The translations under genes and the position numbers were made by a program. DNA of 64,000 nucleotides, from NCBI GenBank assembly GCA_963714975.1, contig CAVQQD010000002.1, positions 704,001 through 768,000 on the forward strand. Direction: 5' to 3'. The notes beneath the pieces are model-generated. The model ran no database searches. It was given only the letters and a program-made list of their open reading frames with translations, and was not told the origin of the DNA. This stretch comes from an uncultured Gammaproteobacteria bacterium (GTDB lineage: Bacteria > Pseudomonadota > Gammaproteobacteria > JAURND01). This document shows, in pieces, positions 28,818-40,200 of the stretch (positions are counted from its first letter, which is position 1; the number at the start of each line of letters is the position of its first letter).

Positions 28818-28954
28818 CCTGAATTTTTACACGCTAGTTCTCGCTCAGCAAGTACCAGCTGTGCTATAATACCCGCCCTGACTTCGCAGGAGCGGAGTCT
28901 TTTTGTCTAACAAGGAAGTTAGACTTGGCAATTAATTACCAAGGAGGGAGTATT

Positions 28955-29953
28955 ATGCCAAAGGCCAAGAAGGCAAAGGTCACCAAGGATGAAGCAGTTG
29001 CTTCTCAGCCCCTTTCGGATTCTGAAGATCCATCCGAAGAACCGTCATTAGAGCTTGAGTTAGAAGAAGAGGAATTTGTTGAAGAAGACTTGCCACAAGA
29101 AATCCCCTTGCCTCATCACACCACTGCTTCGCCGGATGCTACCCAATTATATTTAAGTGAAATAGGCTTTGCGCCACTACTCAGCCCTGGGGAAGAACTA
29201 GAAGTCGCATTGCTAGCCAGGCAAGGGAATCCAGCAGCGCGCAAGCGGATGATTGAAAGCAATCTACGACTAGTTGTAAAAACTGCACGGCATTATTTAG
29301 GCAGGGGCTTGCTCTTTCTGGACTTAATTGAAGAAGGAAATTTGGGCCTGATGCATGCGGTTGAAAAATTTGATCCTAGCCTTGGCTTTCGGTTTTCTAC
29401 TTATGCTACCTGGTGGATTCGTCAATCTATTGAGCGTGCCATTATGAATCAACGGCGTACCATCCGCCTTCCTATCCATAAAATTAAAGAATTAAATGTT
29501 TATTTGCGAGCTGCAAGACAATTGACTCAGGAATTGGACCATGAACCCACCTGCGAAGAGATTGCCAAACGGGTGGACAAACCGCTAGAAGAAATTCAAT
29601 ATATGCTGGAGCTAAGTAAAGATACGACCTCTTTAGATGTTCCCGTGGCAAAAGATACTGAGCGATCTTTGGCTGAAACCTTGGTGGACGAAACTAATGT
29701 CGATCCGGTGGAGCTATTATCCGACGCGGATATGCATCAACATGTACATTTGTGGTTTAATGAGCTAAGCTCAAAACAAAAAGAAATTTTAGCCCGTCGC
29801 TTTGGGCTGTATGGTCATGATAAGCAAACTCTGGAAGAGGTAGGTGGGGCTATTGGCCTAACTCGAGAACGAGTGCGGCAAATTCAGATTGAGGCGATTA
29901 AAAAGTTACATGATATTGTGATTGAGCAGGGTTATGGTGAAATGAATGAATAA
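28955..29953 (+). CDS. rpoS: RNA polymerase sigma factor RpoS
   Basis: [43 protein letters not shown]; AGGAGG RBS before ATG at 28955. Confidence 0.92.
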   Translation: MPKAKKAKVTKDEAVASQPLSDSEDPSEEPSLELELEEEEFVEEDLPQEIPLPHHTTASPDATQLYLSEIGFAPLLSPGEELEVALLARQGNPAARKRMIESNLRLVVKTARHYLGRGLLFLDLIEEGNLGLMHAVEKFDPSLGFRFSTYATWWIRQSIERAIMNQRRTIRLPIHKIKELNVYLRAARQLTQELDHEPTCEEIAKRVDKPLEEIQYMLELSKDTTSLDVPVAKDTERSLAETLVDETNVDPVELLSDADMHQHVHLWFNELSSKQKEILARRFGLYGHDKQTLEEVGGAIGLTRERVRQIQIEAIKKLHDIVIEQGYGEMNE

Positions 29954-30041
29954 CCATTGAATTTTTTAAATTGATCATTATATTATAAATCCCCCTAACC
30001 CCTTTTTCAAAGGGGGATTTTAAATTTTGACGGAGAAAGAT

Positions 30042-31964
30042 ATGTCAATTGAAGAGCAAAAAGAAACTCTAAATTTTCAAACTGAAGTCAAACAGCTATT
30101 ACATTTGGTCACGCATTTTTTGTATAGCAACAAAGAGATTTTTTTGCGTGAGCTTATTTCTAATGCTTCTGATGCTCTTGAGAAGTTGAGCTTTGAAGCC
30201 TTGGGAGATGCTGCGTTATTTGAGAACAATTCAGAATTGAAAATATGGGTTGAGGTAGATAAACAGCAAAAAACTATTACGATTCGTGACAATGGCATTG
30301 GGATGAGCCGCGAGGAAGTGATAGAAAACTTAGGCACAATTGCTAAGTCAGGTACTCGAGAATTTCTAGCTAGGCTCACCGGGGATCAAAATAAGGATGC
30401 TAATCTGATTGGTCAATTTGGGGTAGGTTTTTATTCTGCTTTTGTGGTTGCACAAACAGTAGAAGTCTTTACTCGCCGAGCCGGAATGAATGAAAATCAG
30501 GGAGTATATTGGGCTTCTACTGGTGAAGGAGACTACACCATCCAAAATGTTATTAAAGCGGATCGGGGGACAAAGATCGTTTTACATTTGCGCGAAGATA
30601 ATGAAGAATTTTTGGATGATTGGCGCTTGCGAAGCATTATTACCAAATATTCTGATCATATACCCTTCCCGATTTTAATGCCTAAATCTGAAGTTGAGGC
30701 AGAAGAAGTCGAGAAACCGAAAAAAAAGCAAAAGCAGAAAGCAGAATCGGAATGGGAAGTAGTTAACCGTGCCACTGCTCTTTGGACTTTGCCAAAAAGT
30801 CAAATTAAAGCAGAAGAATATAATGAACTTTACAAACACATTTCTCATGATTTTGAGCCCCCGTTAGTCTATTCGCACAATAAGGTAGAGGGAAAACTGG
30901 AATACACCAGCATTCTCTTCATTCCTAGCCGAGCTCCTTATGATCTGTTGAATCGTGATAAAAAACATGGGTTAAAACTTTATGTGCGGCGGGTCTTTAT
31001 TATGGATGATGCAGAGCAATTATTGCCGCTTTATTTGCGTTTTGTCCGCGGAGTTGTTGATTCCAGTGATCTGCCTTTAAATGTCTCTCGAGAAATTTTG
31101 CAAGACAGTCATGTGATTACCAGCATTCGCTCCGGCTGCATTAAACGGGTTTTGGATATGTTGGATGATTTAGTCAGCAATGAGCCAGAAAAATACACTA
31201 CTTTTTGGGGCCAATTTGGTGCAGTCCTCAAAGAAGGTCCAGGTGAAGATTTTGCGAATCGAGAACGTTTAGCCAAGCTATTTCGTTTTGCCTCAACCAA
31301 GCTTGATACGCCAGAACAAGTAGTTTCCTTGCAAGACTATGTCGGTCGCATGTTACCGGGACAAGACAAAATATATTATATAACGGCCGATTCTTTTAAC
31401 ACGTCCCGTAATAGTCCGCACTTAGAAGTATTTCGTAAAAAAGGGATTGAGGTTTTATTATTGTTTGATCGAGTAGATGAATGGTCAACTTCCTTTTTAA
31501 CTGAATTTGAAGGTAAGTCTTTGCAATCAGTCGCTAAGGGTGGGGTCGATCTAGGAGGTTTAGAAGATAAAGAGGCCGCGGAGCAGGTGAAAGCAGCAGA
31601 AGGGGAGTTTACTACTATTTTGGAAGAGGTTAAGAAAATCTTGGGCGATAAAGTCAAGGAAGTCCGGTTAACGAATCGCTTAACCGATTCGCCTGCTTGT
31701 TTAGTCGCCGGTGAAGCTGAAATGAGTATTCATCTGCAAAATATGTTAAAAGCTGCTGGCCAAAATTTTCCAGGGAGTAAACCGATATTTGAGCTCAATC
31801 CGGAGCACAAAATCGTGCAAAAATTAAAGGCCGAGTCCGATATGGAACGTTTTGCCGAATGGACCTGGGTATTATTTGATCAAGCGCAATTGACGCAAGG
31901 AATTCCATTAGAAGATCCGGCAAGCTTTGTGAAAAAGGTTAATGCCTTATTATTGCAAGGATGA
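30042..31964 (+). CDS. htpG: Chaperone HtpG (Hsp90)
   Basis: [28 protein letters not shown]. Confidence 0.98.
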   Translation: MSIEEQKETLNFQTEVKQLLHLVTHFLYSNKEIFLRELISNASDALEKLSFEALGDAALFENNSELKIWVEVDKQQKTITIRDNGIGMSREEVIENLGTIAKSGTREFLARLTGDQNKDANLIGQFGVGFYSAFVVAQTVEVFTRRAGMNENQGVYWASTGEGDYTIQNVIKADRGTKIVLHLREDNEEFLDDWRLRSIITKYSDHIPFPILMPKSEVEAEEVEKPKKKQKQKAESEWEVVNRATALWTLPKSQIKAEEYNELYKHISHDFEPPLVYSHNKVEGKLEYTSILFIPSRAPYDLLNRDKKHGLKLYVRRVFIMDDAEQLLPLYLRFVRGVVDSSDLPLNVSREILQDSHVITSIRSGCIKRVLDMLDDLVSNEPEKYTTFWGQFGAVLKEGPGEDFANRERLAKLFRFASTKLDTPEQVVSLQDYVGRMLPGQDKIYYITADSFNTSRNSPHLEVFRKKGIEVLLLFDRVDEWSTSFLTEFEGKSLQSVAKGGVDLGGLEDKEAAEQVKAAEGEFTTILEEVKKILGDKVKEVRLTNRLTDSPACLVAGEAEMSIHLQNMLKAAGQNFPGSKPIFELNPEHKIVQKLKAESDMERFAEWTWVLFDQAQLTQGIPLEDPASFVKKVNALLLQG

Positions 31965-32836
31965 TGCTGCCGCCGGTTCTGTGTTTGATGGGGCCGACTG
32001 CCTCAGGAAAGACTAAGACAGCATTCGAGTTATGCGATCGCCTACCTTGCGATATTGTTAGCGTTGATTCGGCAATGGTCTATTGTGGTATGGATATTGG
32101 CACAGCTAAACCCAGCTTTGCAGAGTTAGCGCAGTTTCCGCATCGTCTGATCAATATTCGAGACCCTGCGTGTGCTTATTCTGCAGGACAATTTCGCCTC
32201 GATGCCCTACAACAGATTGAAAAAATTCTGGCAGCTGGTCGCATTCCGCTGTTGGTGGGTGGGACCATGCTGTATTTTCATGTCTTACAACAAGGTATTA
32301 CCCCCTTACCTCGAGCAAATCCTAAAATTCGGCAACAGCTAACCCATGAAGCAGCAGCAGAAGGCTGGCCTGCGCTGCATCGTCGTTTGCAGAGTATTGA
32401 TCCGGTAGCCGCAGCACGCATTCAACCGCAAGATGCCCAACGGATTCAACGAGCATTGGAAGTCTATGAAATCACCGGGATGTCTTTGACCGATCTTTGT
32501 CAGCAAAGCGATCGAACACCTGCAGCGTTTCGGTGGATAAACCTTGCGCTTATCCCCAGTGATCGAGAGCTATTACATCAACGTATTGCAGCGCGTTTTG
32601 ATGCCATGCTGCAACAAGGGTTTATAGCCGAGGTAGAAGCATTACAACAACGCGGTGACCTTCATCCTGACTTCCCTGCGCTGCGCGCGGTAGGATATCG
32701 CCAGGTATGGGAATATTTGCAGGGCAAGTTATCTAAGCAAGAAATGCGTGAACAGAGTATTGCCGCTACTCGCCAACTCGGGAAGCGGCAGCTTACTTGG
32801 TTACGGAAGTGGCCTAATATTCACTACTTTATTTGA
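31961..32836 (+). CDS. miaA: tRNA dimethylallyltransferase
   Basis: [32 protein letters not shown]. Confidence 0.97.
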   Translation: MMLPPVLCLMGPTASGKTKTAFELCDRLPCDIVSVDSAMVYCGMDIGTAKPSFAELAQFPHRLINIRDPACAYSAGQFRLDALQQIEKILAAGRIPLLVGGTMLYFHVLQQGITPLPRANPKIRQQLTHEAAAEGWPALHRRLQSIDPVAAARIQPQDAQRIQRALEVYEITGMSLTDLCQQSDRTPAAFRWINLALIPSDRELLHQRIAARFDAMLQQGFIAEVEALQQRGDLHPDFPALRAVGYRQVWEYLQGKLSKQEMREQSIAATRQLGKRQLTWLRKWPNIHYFI

Positions 32837-33521
32837 ATAAATGCTCGAATTCGTATAACAAATCATCATTAAAGAGCATTACCTTCTGGTCAGTATATTC
32901 TCGCTGTTGCGCAGTCACTTTATGGCCTGCTTGATCAAAATAATAAGCGCTAATCTGGCCAATAATTTCGCTAAAAATAACTGCTTTAGCCTGATTACTG
33001 TACATCTGCATTTGCACATATCCGGCACAAAATTCCCCAGCCAAATTAAATGCTCGATTTGTGAGGGCATGACCAAAAAGATCGTGAGTTGCTCTAAACA
33101 AATCGTTGTAACAAAATTCCACACCATCAATAATGATCCCAGTTAATTCCAACATAGGATGGTCATCATAATGTTGATCACGTTTTCCGTAACCAGTCTT
33201 GGTCATATAGACATAAATTTCCCCATTCTGGATTCCCTCAATTATCTCCTTGGATGAATGATAAGGTTGATCATAGTTGGTCCAGGGTTTTATTTTAAAC
33301 CCATATTCAATTAGGCTATCGTAATGTTGTCGGGTTTCAAGTTTAAATTGGCGATAGGCATTTATAACATTAAAGGAGCTATTGCTATCTGCGAGCGCAA
33401 GATCGTAGCGATGATATATTTTAGCTATTTTACAAGCGAACTGTTGAATAACAGCGGATGCGAATTGACGATCATAAAAACTAAAGCAATTGGCCGGATC
33501 GTGCCCATGGTTAATAGGTTT
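32829..33521 (-). pseudogene. 5'-truncated conserved hypothetical gene (NDLFRAxHDxFGH motif)
   Basis: Frame stays open about 106 codons upstream of ATG 33206 with no ATG/GTG/TTG, ending at the 33522-33550 palindrome. Confidence 0.6.
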
Positions 33522-33543
33522 AACCTAGTTTCTACTGCCGAAT

Positions 33544-33618
33544 CTAGGTTAAATATTGTCGAACCATCTCTAAGCCAAGACTTCGGTTGGCTCCCGTAAT
33601 TAGGATTGTTTTGGACAT
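33544..33618 (-). pseudogene. 5' stub of a short-chain dehydrogenase/reductase gene
   Basis: GGAGG RBS, then MSKTILITGANRSLGLEMVRQYLT*, an SDR TGxxxGxG-like start cut after 24 codons. Confidence 0.75.
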
Positions 33619-33911
33619 TAAACCTCCGATCTGTTAAATAATTTTCCAATTATTCTCAATAGCTATGAACGATATAGAAGTATAAGAGTCTGTGGTAGAA
33701 ATAGCCAGTCTCGTGGGAATCGACCAGGAATAGATGAAAAGCATAAATTATCTGGTAACTTAACATGGTATTAGCAATTTGATCAGGAAATTAAAAATTT
33801 TGCAGCTATAATTTTTGAGTATCAATAGTATTCATCAATTTATACAACTTCTCTTACTTGGGAGAGAAAGACCAAATTGTGCTTAATAGTTGCTAAAAGA
33901 CCGGAGAATCC

Positions 33912-34232
33912 ATGTATTACCTGCATTTTTACGTCCCTGAATCTCATCTTGAACTTGTAAAAGCGGCCTTGTTTGCAAAGGGTGCTGGCCGAATTGGCAA
34001 TTATGATCAATGCGCTTGGCAAGTTCTGGGTGAAGGCCAATACCGCCCCCTGGAAAATAGCAAAGCTTTTATCGGCGAACCTTTAAAACTGTCCAAGATT
34101 GCTGAATATAGGGTAGAAATGATTTGCGAGGACGACTGCATTGAGGCAGTAATCGACGCATTGCTCGCGACGCATCCTTGGGAACAACCAGGTTATGTAG
34201 TTATTCCTGTGACTTGTTCAACTTTTGAGTGA
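33912..34232 (+). CDS. Small NIF3-related (YqfO-like) protein
   Basis: FYVPESH...AGRIGNYD.C, G.GQYRP, HPWEQP. Confidence 0.85.
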   Translation: MYYLHFYVPESHLELVKAALFAKGAGRIGNYDQCAWQVLGEGQYRPLENSKAFIGEPLKLSKIAEYRVEMICEDDCIEAVIDALLATHPWEQPGYVVIPVTCSTFE

Positions 34233-34852
34233 TTAGAATAAGTAGGCCAATCTGGAAAATATTTTTCAGCTTGATCTCCCCATGCATCCCAATTTTTTCT
34301 CGAGCCTCGGGCAAATAGCTCAAGGTAGGGTCCGGGGCTACACGATTCCACGATATCATAAAATTCATCTGGTTTACGAGAATGCTCGCGTTTTCGTGTG
34401 GCAAGAAAATTGACTTGGCGGCGACCTGGTTCAAGAGTGCGAGCGTTTTTACCTCGCACTCCAAATAGGATAAGTTCGGTTACATTGCGAAAATAGAAAC
34501 CTACACCACGTCCATCTGGACCACCATCTTTGCGTATTTTGTGCCAGACTAAATTGCCTTTGTAATGGAAGCCCCAAGCTTTCATTACAAGTAAACCTTC
34601 TGGTAGCAAAGCATTTGGTACCCATAAATATAAGTGAGCAGTTTGGTTGCTAAGTTGTGCAATGGGAAGGTTTATAATGTCTTGTAAATCCATAGTGTTA
34701 TAGCGCGATAACCGCTTGTGTTCTGGGGCCATCTTCCCGGTACGATTTTGAAATTGCCAGGGAGGATCCGCTAATATGGTAAAGAAACGTTTTTTTTCGA
34801 ACTTGCTAAGCAAATCCTTGGCTGCATTAAGTTCAGTTTTCAATTTTCTCAT
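34193..34852 (-). CDS. MT-A70-family adenine DNA methyltransferase
   Basis: ADPPW, HLYLWVPN, EHSRKP, YLELFAR. Confidence 0.92.
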   Translation of the reverse strand: MRKLKTELNAAKDLLSKFEKKRFFTILADPPWQFQNRTGKMAPEHKRLSRYNTMDLQDIINLPIAQLSNQTAHLYLWVPNALLPEGLLVMKAWGFHYKGNLVWHKIRKDGGPDGRGVGFYFRNVTELILFGVRGKNARTLEPGRRQVNFLATRKREHSRKPDEFYDIVESCSPGPYLELFARGSRKNWDAWGDQAEKYFPDWPTYSNHSKVEQVTGITT

Positions 34853-35664
34853 GGGGGATTCCAGTCAGTTATTAATCTCGGTGTGATTCCAAATACTAAT
34901 ATTGGGCATCCACCATGCCGTCCAGCATTTAAACGATAAAGTAACTTGCCCATCCAGGTAGTACTGGCGCCATATTTAGCTTTTACAGTTTTAGCTTGAC
35001 CAATTTTCTTACCAACTTTATGCATCTCAACTTGACCTGATTTTGTTAATTGTGGGACAGCTTCGAATACTGCGTTTAAACTTGCACTGCGTGTTATCAT
35101 GATGCCAACACTAATTAGCCCACATTCGTGAAAAGCGCGTAATGCATATAAATCACGGTCAAAGGTTTGATCCTTTGAGTTCCATTCCAAATCAAAGGCC
35201 ACACGGTTTTTTACATAATCAATCTTATGGCCATCAATAAAATTAGTAATCGTCTGCGATTTATATTCAGGACGTTTGATTTTCTTAATTTTAGAATCTG
35301 ATAAGAATAATTCATCATATTCTTGCATCCGTATTAGCAAGTCACCCTGGATTCGGGTTTCAGTCCAACCAGCAGGCCTTAAGATGCGTGAGAATTTCTT
35401 AGGGATATCAGATTCATTCCCACCAGGGGCGCTTATTTCTTGTAGAGTAATTTGAAAAGCTAGTAATGCTTGTTCAATTTGATGTAATTCGTTTGGAAAT
35501 GAATTAGCTAAAATCGCAGCAGCGTGCCGATAGCTATATATTTCATAAAGCTCTCTGACTTTGCTACTGATGTATGGTTCTATACTATCCATATCATCAG
35601 CGTTCTGGCCAGGTCGTAGATCAATATCATCAGCTGTTTCAATAGATTTTTCTTGTATATTCAT
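34849..35664 (-). CDS. BglII/BstYI-family type II restriction endonuclease
   Basis: GGNES, HKIDYVKNRVAFDLEWNSKD..FDRDL, GGCP; overlaps the MTase start. Confidence 0.85.
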   Translation of the reverse strand: MNIQEKSIETADDIDLRPGQNADDMDSIEPYISSKVRELYEIYSYRHAAAILANSFPNELHQIEQALLAFQITLQEISAPGGNESDIPKKFSRILRPAGWTETRIQGDLLIRMQEYDELFLSDSKIKKIKRPEYKSQTITNFIDGHKIDYVKNRVAFDLEWNSKDQTFDRDLYALRAFHECGLISVGIMITRSASLNAVFEAVPQLTKSGQVEMHKVGKKIGQAKTVKAKYGASTTWMGKLLYRLNAGRHGGCPILVFGITPRLITDWNPP

Positions 35665-35806
35665 ATTAGATTATCCAGTGGGTGTTTCTATCAAAACCTA
35701 TTATCGTCAAATAGCTATTGCTTTTTCAACCTATGAATTTATTCTCTCTCTTATATTAAATTTAGCTAGACTTTATCATTAACAGCTTCACTTTGGTAGT
35801 TGTAGC

Positions 35807-36667
35807 TTAATTAAATCGCCATGGGATTGGTGAAAATGGCGTTAATTCTTTCAGGAATTCCTCTACGGGTAAGCATAGAATATGGTTTTTTTGTAGGCGG
35901 TCTTTGCCGCGATATAGGAAAAGTGGGGCTACTTCTGGATAATCCTCACAAAAGGCTTTTAATCCATTAAGGTCTTTGTCATGAATTTTGTCGGCATTTT
36001 TCACTTCGATAGCAAAAAGACCGGCTTTGCCGTCAATAATAAAATCCACTTCCAGGCCATAGCGAGTGCGCCAATAATATAATTTGTTGGGTTCTCCTTG
36101 GGAATCATTCCACGCCCGTAAATGTTGAGCGACTAATCCTTCTAGACCTGCCCCATTTAATTCAGCGACGGTATCCAAATAACCGCTAGGGCGCAAATTG
36201 TTATAAACACCCGTATCAAAGTAATAAAATTTGGGATGTGAAATCAATTCACGTTTGGCTCTAATACTGAAAACAGGGATTTGAAAGCTCAGCAGTAAAT
36301 CCTGTAAAACATCTAGATAACCTTCGATTAATTTACGTGATAATTCACACTCTCGGGCAATGTTGCTGAGATTAAGGATAGCTCCTTGAGAAAAGCTCAT
36401 GACCTCAAGAAACCGTGAGAAGAGCAATTCTGGCAGTTTTTGTACTTCATCAATGATAATTGTTTTAGTTTTTGCGGCACGCACAATCTCCTCCAATCGC
36501 TCTGGGTAAGCACGGTATTGACGAATTTCTGCCGGTTTTAGCAGGTCTATTCTCAATGCATTGGGGTAATTGAGCTTCAACCAAGTAGATTTGCCGGTAC
36601 CACGCGGGCCGAACAAAAAATAGGATTGCTCTATTGGGATTAAAAACCGCTTAATGGAGTTGTACAT
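35807..36667 (-). CDS. AAA_14 ATPase / DUF4143 protein, probably internally deleted
   Basis: GPRGTGKS, IDEVQK, KFYYFDTG, YWRT...EVDF, IEVK; only 286 aa. Confidence 0.8.
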   Translation of the reverse strand: MYNSIKRFLIPIEQSYFLFGPRGTGKSTWLKLNYPNALRIDLLKPAEIRQYRAYPERLEEIVRAAKTKTIIIDEVQKLPELLFSRFLEVMSFSQGAILNLSNIARECELSRKLIEGYLDVLQDLLLSFQIPVFSIRAKRELISHPKFYYFDTGVYNNLRPSGYLDTVAELNGAGLEGLVAQHLRAWNDSQGEPNKLYYWRTRYGLEVDFIIDGKAGLFAIEVKNADKIHDKDLNGLKAFCEDYPEVAPLFLYRGKDRLQKNHILCLPVEEFLKELTPFSPIPWRFN

Positions 36668-36682
36668 CGTAATTTACCCGCG

Positions 36683-36739
36683 AAATTTCACCTGTCACCT
36701 CCATTTTTGCAGCAAAAATGGAGGTGATAAGTGAAATTT
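36683..36739. promoter_or_regulatory. Long near-perfect palindrome upstream of the AAA/DUF4143 gene
   Basis: aaatttcacctgtcacctccatttttgc-a-gcaaaaatggaggtgataagtgaaattt. Confidence 0.6.
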
Positions 36740-36955
36740 TGGCACGTCGTCCCGGCAGGACTGGCATCCATGCCAGGACGACATTCGAATTAATTAAGCT
36801 TACCTTAATTAATCGATGGCAAATTGCCAATTACATGGTAAACTTGCCAGCTCATCCTTCAATGCGAGGGAGGGGGTTTATTTGAGAATCCCAGTTGCGA
36901 CTGTCAGCGGAATCGCTGATTAGTTTTTAGTTAGACAAATAGCAAGGAGAACGCT

Positions 36956-37198
36956 ATGACTAAAGGACATTTGCTACAAGATCCTTTTTTAGAAACTTTA
37001 TGTAGAGAAAAAGTACCTGTCTCAATTTACCTAGTAAATGGTATTAAGCTACAGGGGCAGATTGAAGCTTTTGATCCGGCCGTGGTACTGTTAAAAAATA
37101 CCTCGAGCCAGATTGTTTATAAACATGCAATTTCCACCATTGTACCCTCACGCAAAATTGTGCTTGAAGGCTTTAATGAAGAGGTAGAAAGCGCCTGA
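36956..37198 (+). CDS. hfq: RNA chaperone Hfq
   Basis: [27 protein letters not shown]. Confidence 0.98.
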   Translation: MTKGHLLQDPFLETLCREKVPVSIYLVNGIKLQGQIEAFDPAVVLLKNTSSQIVYKHAISTIVPSRKIVLEGFNEEVESA

Positions 37199-38313
37199 AG
37201 TCCAATAAATCTGAGAAACCAAAGGGAGAGCCTGCTATCCTCGTGCATATTGATTTTCATACTGTGCACGAGGAAGAATATATTGCTGAGTTTTACGAAC
37301 TTGCCTTATCAGTTGGAGCTGTGCCTAGCCAGCTTATTAGGGGGGCTCGTAAGGTGCCTGAGCCAAAATATTTTATTGGTACCGGTAAGGCAGAAGAAAT
37401 TTTGCATTCAGTTGAGGCGCAAAAGATAAAACTCGTTTTGGTCAATCATGAATTATCCCCCAGGCAAAAGCGTAACTTAGAACTGCTGCTGCAGTGCCAG
37501 GTGCTGGACAGAACTGAAGTCATTTTAAAAATTTTTGCCCAGCGCGCTCGTACTTTTGAGGGAAAGCTGCAGGTTGATTTAGCGCAGATGCAATATTTAT
37601 TGTCTCGTTTAGTACGGGGTTGGACGCACCTGGAACGACAGCGCGGGGGGTTAGGGTTACGTGGTGGCCCTGGTGAAGCGCAAATTGAATTGGATCGGCG
37701 CTTATTGCGTGATCGCATTAACGTGATTAAAAAGCGCTTGGAGAAGGTTCGAAAGCACCGTAATTTGAGCCGTCGTGCCAGGCAGCGGGCAGCCATTCCA
37801 ACTGTCTCTTTGATTGGTTATACCAATGCCGGTAAATCTACATTGTTCAACAAGTTGACCAAGTCACAGGTTTTTGTTGCTGATCAACTGTTTGCCACTT
37901 TGGATCCGAGTTTACGTCGAGTCAATATTCCTAAAGCAGGAACTGTCATCTTAGCGGATACAGTGGGTTTCATTCGCGATTTGCCGCATCATTTAATCGA
38001 AGCTTTTCATGCTACTTTGGAAGAGACGGTAGAAGCTAGCTTGTTATTGCATGTGGTTGATGCTCATAATCCTGAGCGTCAATTTTATATGGAACAAGTG
38101 GATAAGGTTTTACAACAAATTGGAGCTGATCAAGTCCCCCAGCTGCAGGTTTTTAATAAAATTGATTTATTGCCTGAGCTGTTGCCTAGAATTGATCGTG
38201 ATGCATCAGGTCGACCAATTCGGGTTTGGCTATCAGCCACCACGGGTCAGGGCATTGAGTTGCTAAAAGAAGCACTACAGGAAGTAATTTCTGCTGAAAT
38301 TCGGCTCCCTTAA
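37195..38313 (+). CDS. hflX: Ribosome-associated GTPase HflX (start uncertain, C-terminally short)
   Basis: [34 protein letters not shown]. Confidence 0.93.
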   Translation: MKSNKSEKPKGEPAILVHIDFHTVHEEEYIAEFYELALSVGAVPSQLIRGARKVPEPKYFIGTGKAEEILHSVEAQKIKLVLVNHELSPRQKRNLELLLQCQVLDRTEVILKIFAQRARTFEGKLQVDLAQMQYLLSRLVRGWTHLERQRGGLGLRGGPGEAQIELDRRLLRDRINVIKKRLEKVRKHRNLSRRARQRAAIPTVSLIGYTNAGKSTLFNKLTKSQVFVADQLFATLDPSLRRVNIPKAGTVILADTVGFIRDLPHHLIEAFHATLEETVEASLLLHVVDAHNPERQFYMEQVDKVLQQIGADQVPQLQVFNKIDLLPELLPRIDRDASGRPIRVWLSATTGQGIELLKEALQEVISAEIRLP

Positions 38314-38394
38314 CTCCTTCTCCCCTTGTGGGAGAAGGTGCCCGCTAGGGCGCGGAGGGGTAAGTTTTATGGGATAGCATCCCTATAAGCATTC

Positions 38395-39672
38395 TTACAG
38401 GGTCAGGCTTTTTGCTGTCTCTGTGCCTTTCTTTTGCTGAGGGTAGGTAGTCTCTTCCTTGCCCAAAAGCTTGTAAATAAGGCTCTTGCCCTGTTCTTCG
38501 GGAATTATAAAAATCGCATATTCTATAATTATTTTAAGTAACTCAATTGGGAAGGTCTGATGAAGATAACTGCGTAATTCTTTTGCATCTTGTTGTTTCA
38601 ACCTGTTTTGCCAAAAAGACCATTTATTCCTTAGCTTCTGGTTGGGGCTCTGCGATAACAATTCGTTAATTTTTGTTTGAGTATGACCTGTCTCTTTTGC
38701 TTTTTTGTTATCTAAAAAGGTTTTTGCAACAGTTAACTGAAAAATTTCTTGCTCCTCTTCATCTGCTACTTGTTTTATTGGTTTAAAGGAAGGACGCTGC
38801 CCTAACAAATCCTTTGCTTGTTGATGTCCTTGAGCAGCAGCTTGTCTAAGCCAACGCGCACCTTCTTTCTGGCTCTCCAGGTCAATATCCCTAAAGAAAT
38901 CTCTCACCGAGGTAAACCAACTTTTTTCCCTATCCGTCTGGGGAGCAGCAGGTATGCGAATTTTTCCATTTATATAAAGCGAAGCTAAATTATATTGTGC
39001 AGTGACGCATCCTAGCTCAGCAGAGGTGTATAAAAAATTCACTGCTTTTTTCTCATCTTTTTCAACGCCTTCGCCGTTCCAAAAATGTAGACCTAAGTGA
39101 CAGTTTGCATCGGCATCTCCTTGTTCAGCAGCCAAAAGAAATAAACGTATTGCTTCTTCTTGGTTACCCTGTTGCGCGCAATGCCGACCTAAAGATGTTT
39201 GTGCAGGAGGGTATCCTTGCTGAACAGCAAAATCCAATAAACGCTGTGCTTCTTGCTGATTTTTTTCTACACCTCGTCCGTGTTTATAACATTTACTTAA
39301 ATGATATTGTGCAGCAGCGAGTCCTTGCTCAGCAGCTAAACTCCATAGGCGCACTGCTTCTTGCTCTTGCTCATGGGTGCCATTAGGATGTTCCCGACCC
39401 AAATAATATTGTGCTATTGCCTCATCAAATTGTTTTGCCAGACCGTATAAAAATTGCACCCTTTTTTTATCGGGTTCGCTGAAAATTTCAAACTTCTCCA
39501 AAATCTTATCCAGAATAACTACCAATTCATTGGACAATTTTTTGTAATCATCCTTTATGCTGCATTTTTTTGCTTCCGCTATTTTTATTTCTAATTTATT
39601 TAATAATTCACCTAACGTATTAGTTGTATTTTTGGGGGGACTTACTTCTATTGCTGTTTTTGACTCATTCAT
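38395..39672 (-). CDS. Sel1-like repeat protein (candidate effector)
   Basis: Repeated AAEQG..AQY.L....G.GV.K motifs; inserted antisense between hflX and hflK. Confidence 0.85.
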   Translation of the reverse strand: MNESKTAIEVSPPKNTTNTLGELLNKLEIKIAEAKKCSIKDDYKKLSNELVVILDKILEKFEIFSEPDKKRVQFLYGLAKQFDEAIAQYYLGREHPNGTHEQEQEAVRLWSLAAEQGLAAAQYHLSKCYKHGRGVEKNQQEAQRLLDFAVQQGYPPAQTSLGRHCAQQGNQEEAIRLFLLAAEQGDADANCHLGLHFWNGEGVEKDEKKAVNFLYTSAELGCVTAQYNLASLYINGKIRIPAAPQTDREKSWFTSVRDFFRDIDLESQKEGARWLRQAAAQGHQQAKDLLGQRPSFKPIKQVADEEEQEIFQLTVAKTFLDNKKAKETGHTQTKINELLSQSPNQKLRNKWSFWQNRLKQQDAKELRSYLHQTFPIELLKIIIEYAIFIIPEEQGKSLIYKLLGKEETTYPQQKKGTETAKSLTL

Positions 39673-39829
39673 AGTATTTTCCTCCTCTTGGTTTTTCGTA
39701 GACTTTAGGGTTAGGGTAACCTCAAAACTTAAAAACTGCGAATAGGACTATTTTTGATAATAGCCTTTGGAAAATTCTGGCTCCTGCCTAGCGGCAAGTG
39801 AGTAAGAAGTACCTCTGTAGGGGACAAAA

Positions 39830-39992
39830 ATAATCCCTCCCTTTGCAAAAAAGAGGTTTAGGAGGGATTTAAAGAAGCATTGAATACTAACGAAAATAAC
39901 GTTAGTACTCTACATCTTTATTAAATCCCCCCTACCCCACTTTTTTCAAAGGGGGGGGGGATTATCTTTGTATCCCCCTTTTTCAAAGGGGA
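39830..39992. repeat. Cluster of CCCCCTTT-AAAGGGGG family palindromes
   Basis: Three related hairpins with aaatccccc..acccc flanks. Confidence 0.7.
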
Positions 39993-40200
39993 AAATTATT
40001 TTTGTCCCCTATAGAGAAGAAGTACTACTCTTTGTTGTCCGACGTTACTTGTCGGAGTTAATGGTAACATTTGCAGGAGGTAATAAGAAGGGTTTTGCGG
40101 TGCTGTCCCGGTGTTTTGATCACATCCGGTTGCTAGAGATTCATTGCAATGCTAAGCTTGTTGGCTTCCCGAATTGCCCTTTATGTGGAGAGTGATAAAA

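Noticed and set aside
33425-33649. 74-aa ORF, and a possible -1 programmed frameshift at G_TTA_AAC into the downstream frame
   Set aside because: The region is better explained by an SDR stub with its own RBS in another frame plus a palindromic scar.
36840-36950. Possible sRNA or 6S RNA upstream of hfq
   Set aside because: Only short hairpins and no recognisable family signature.
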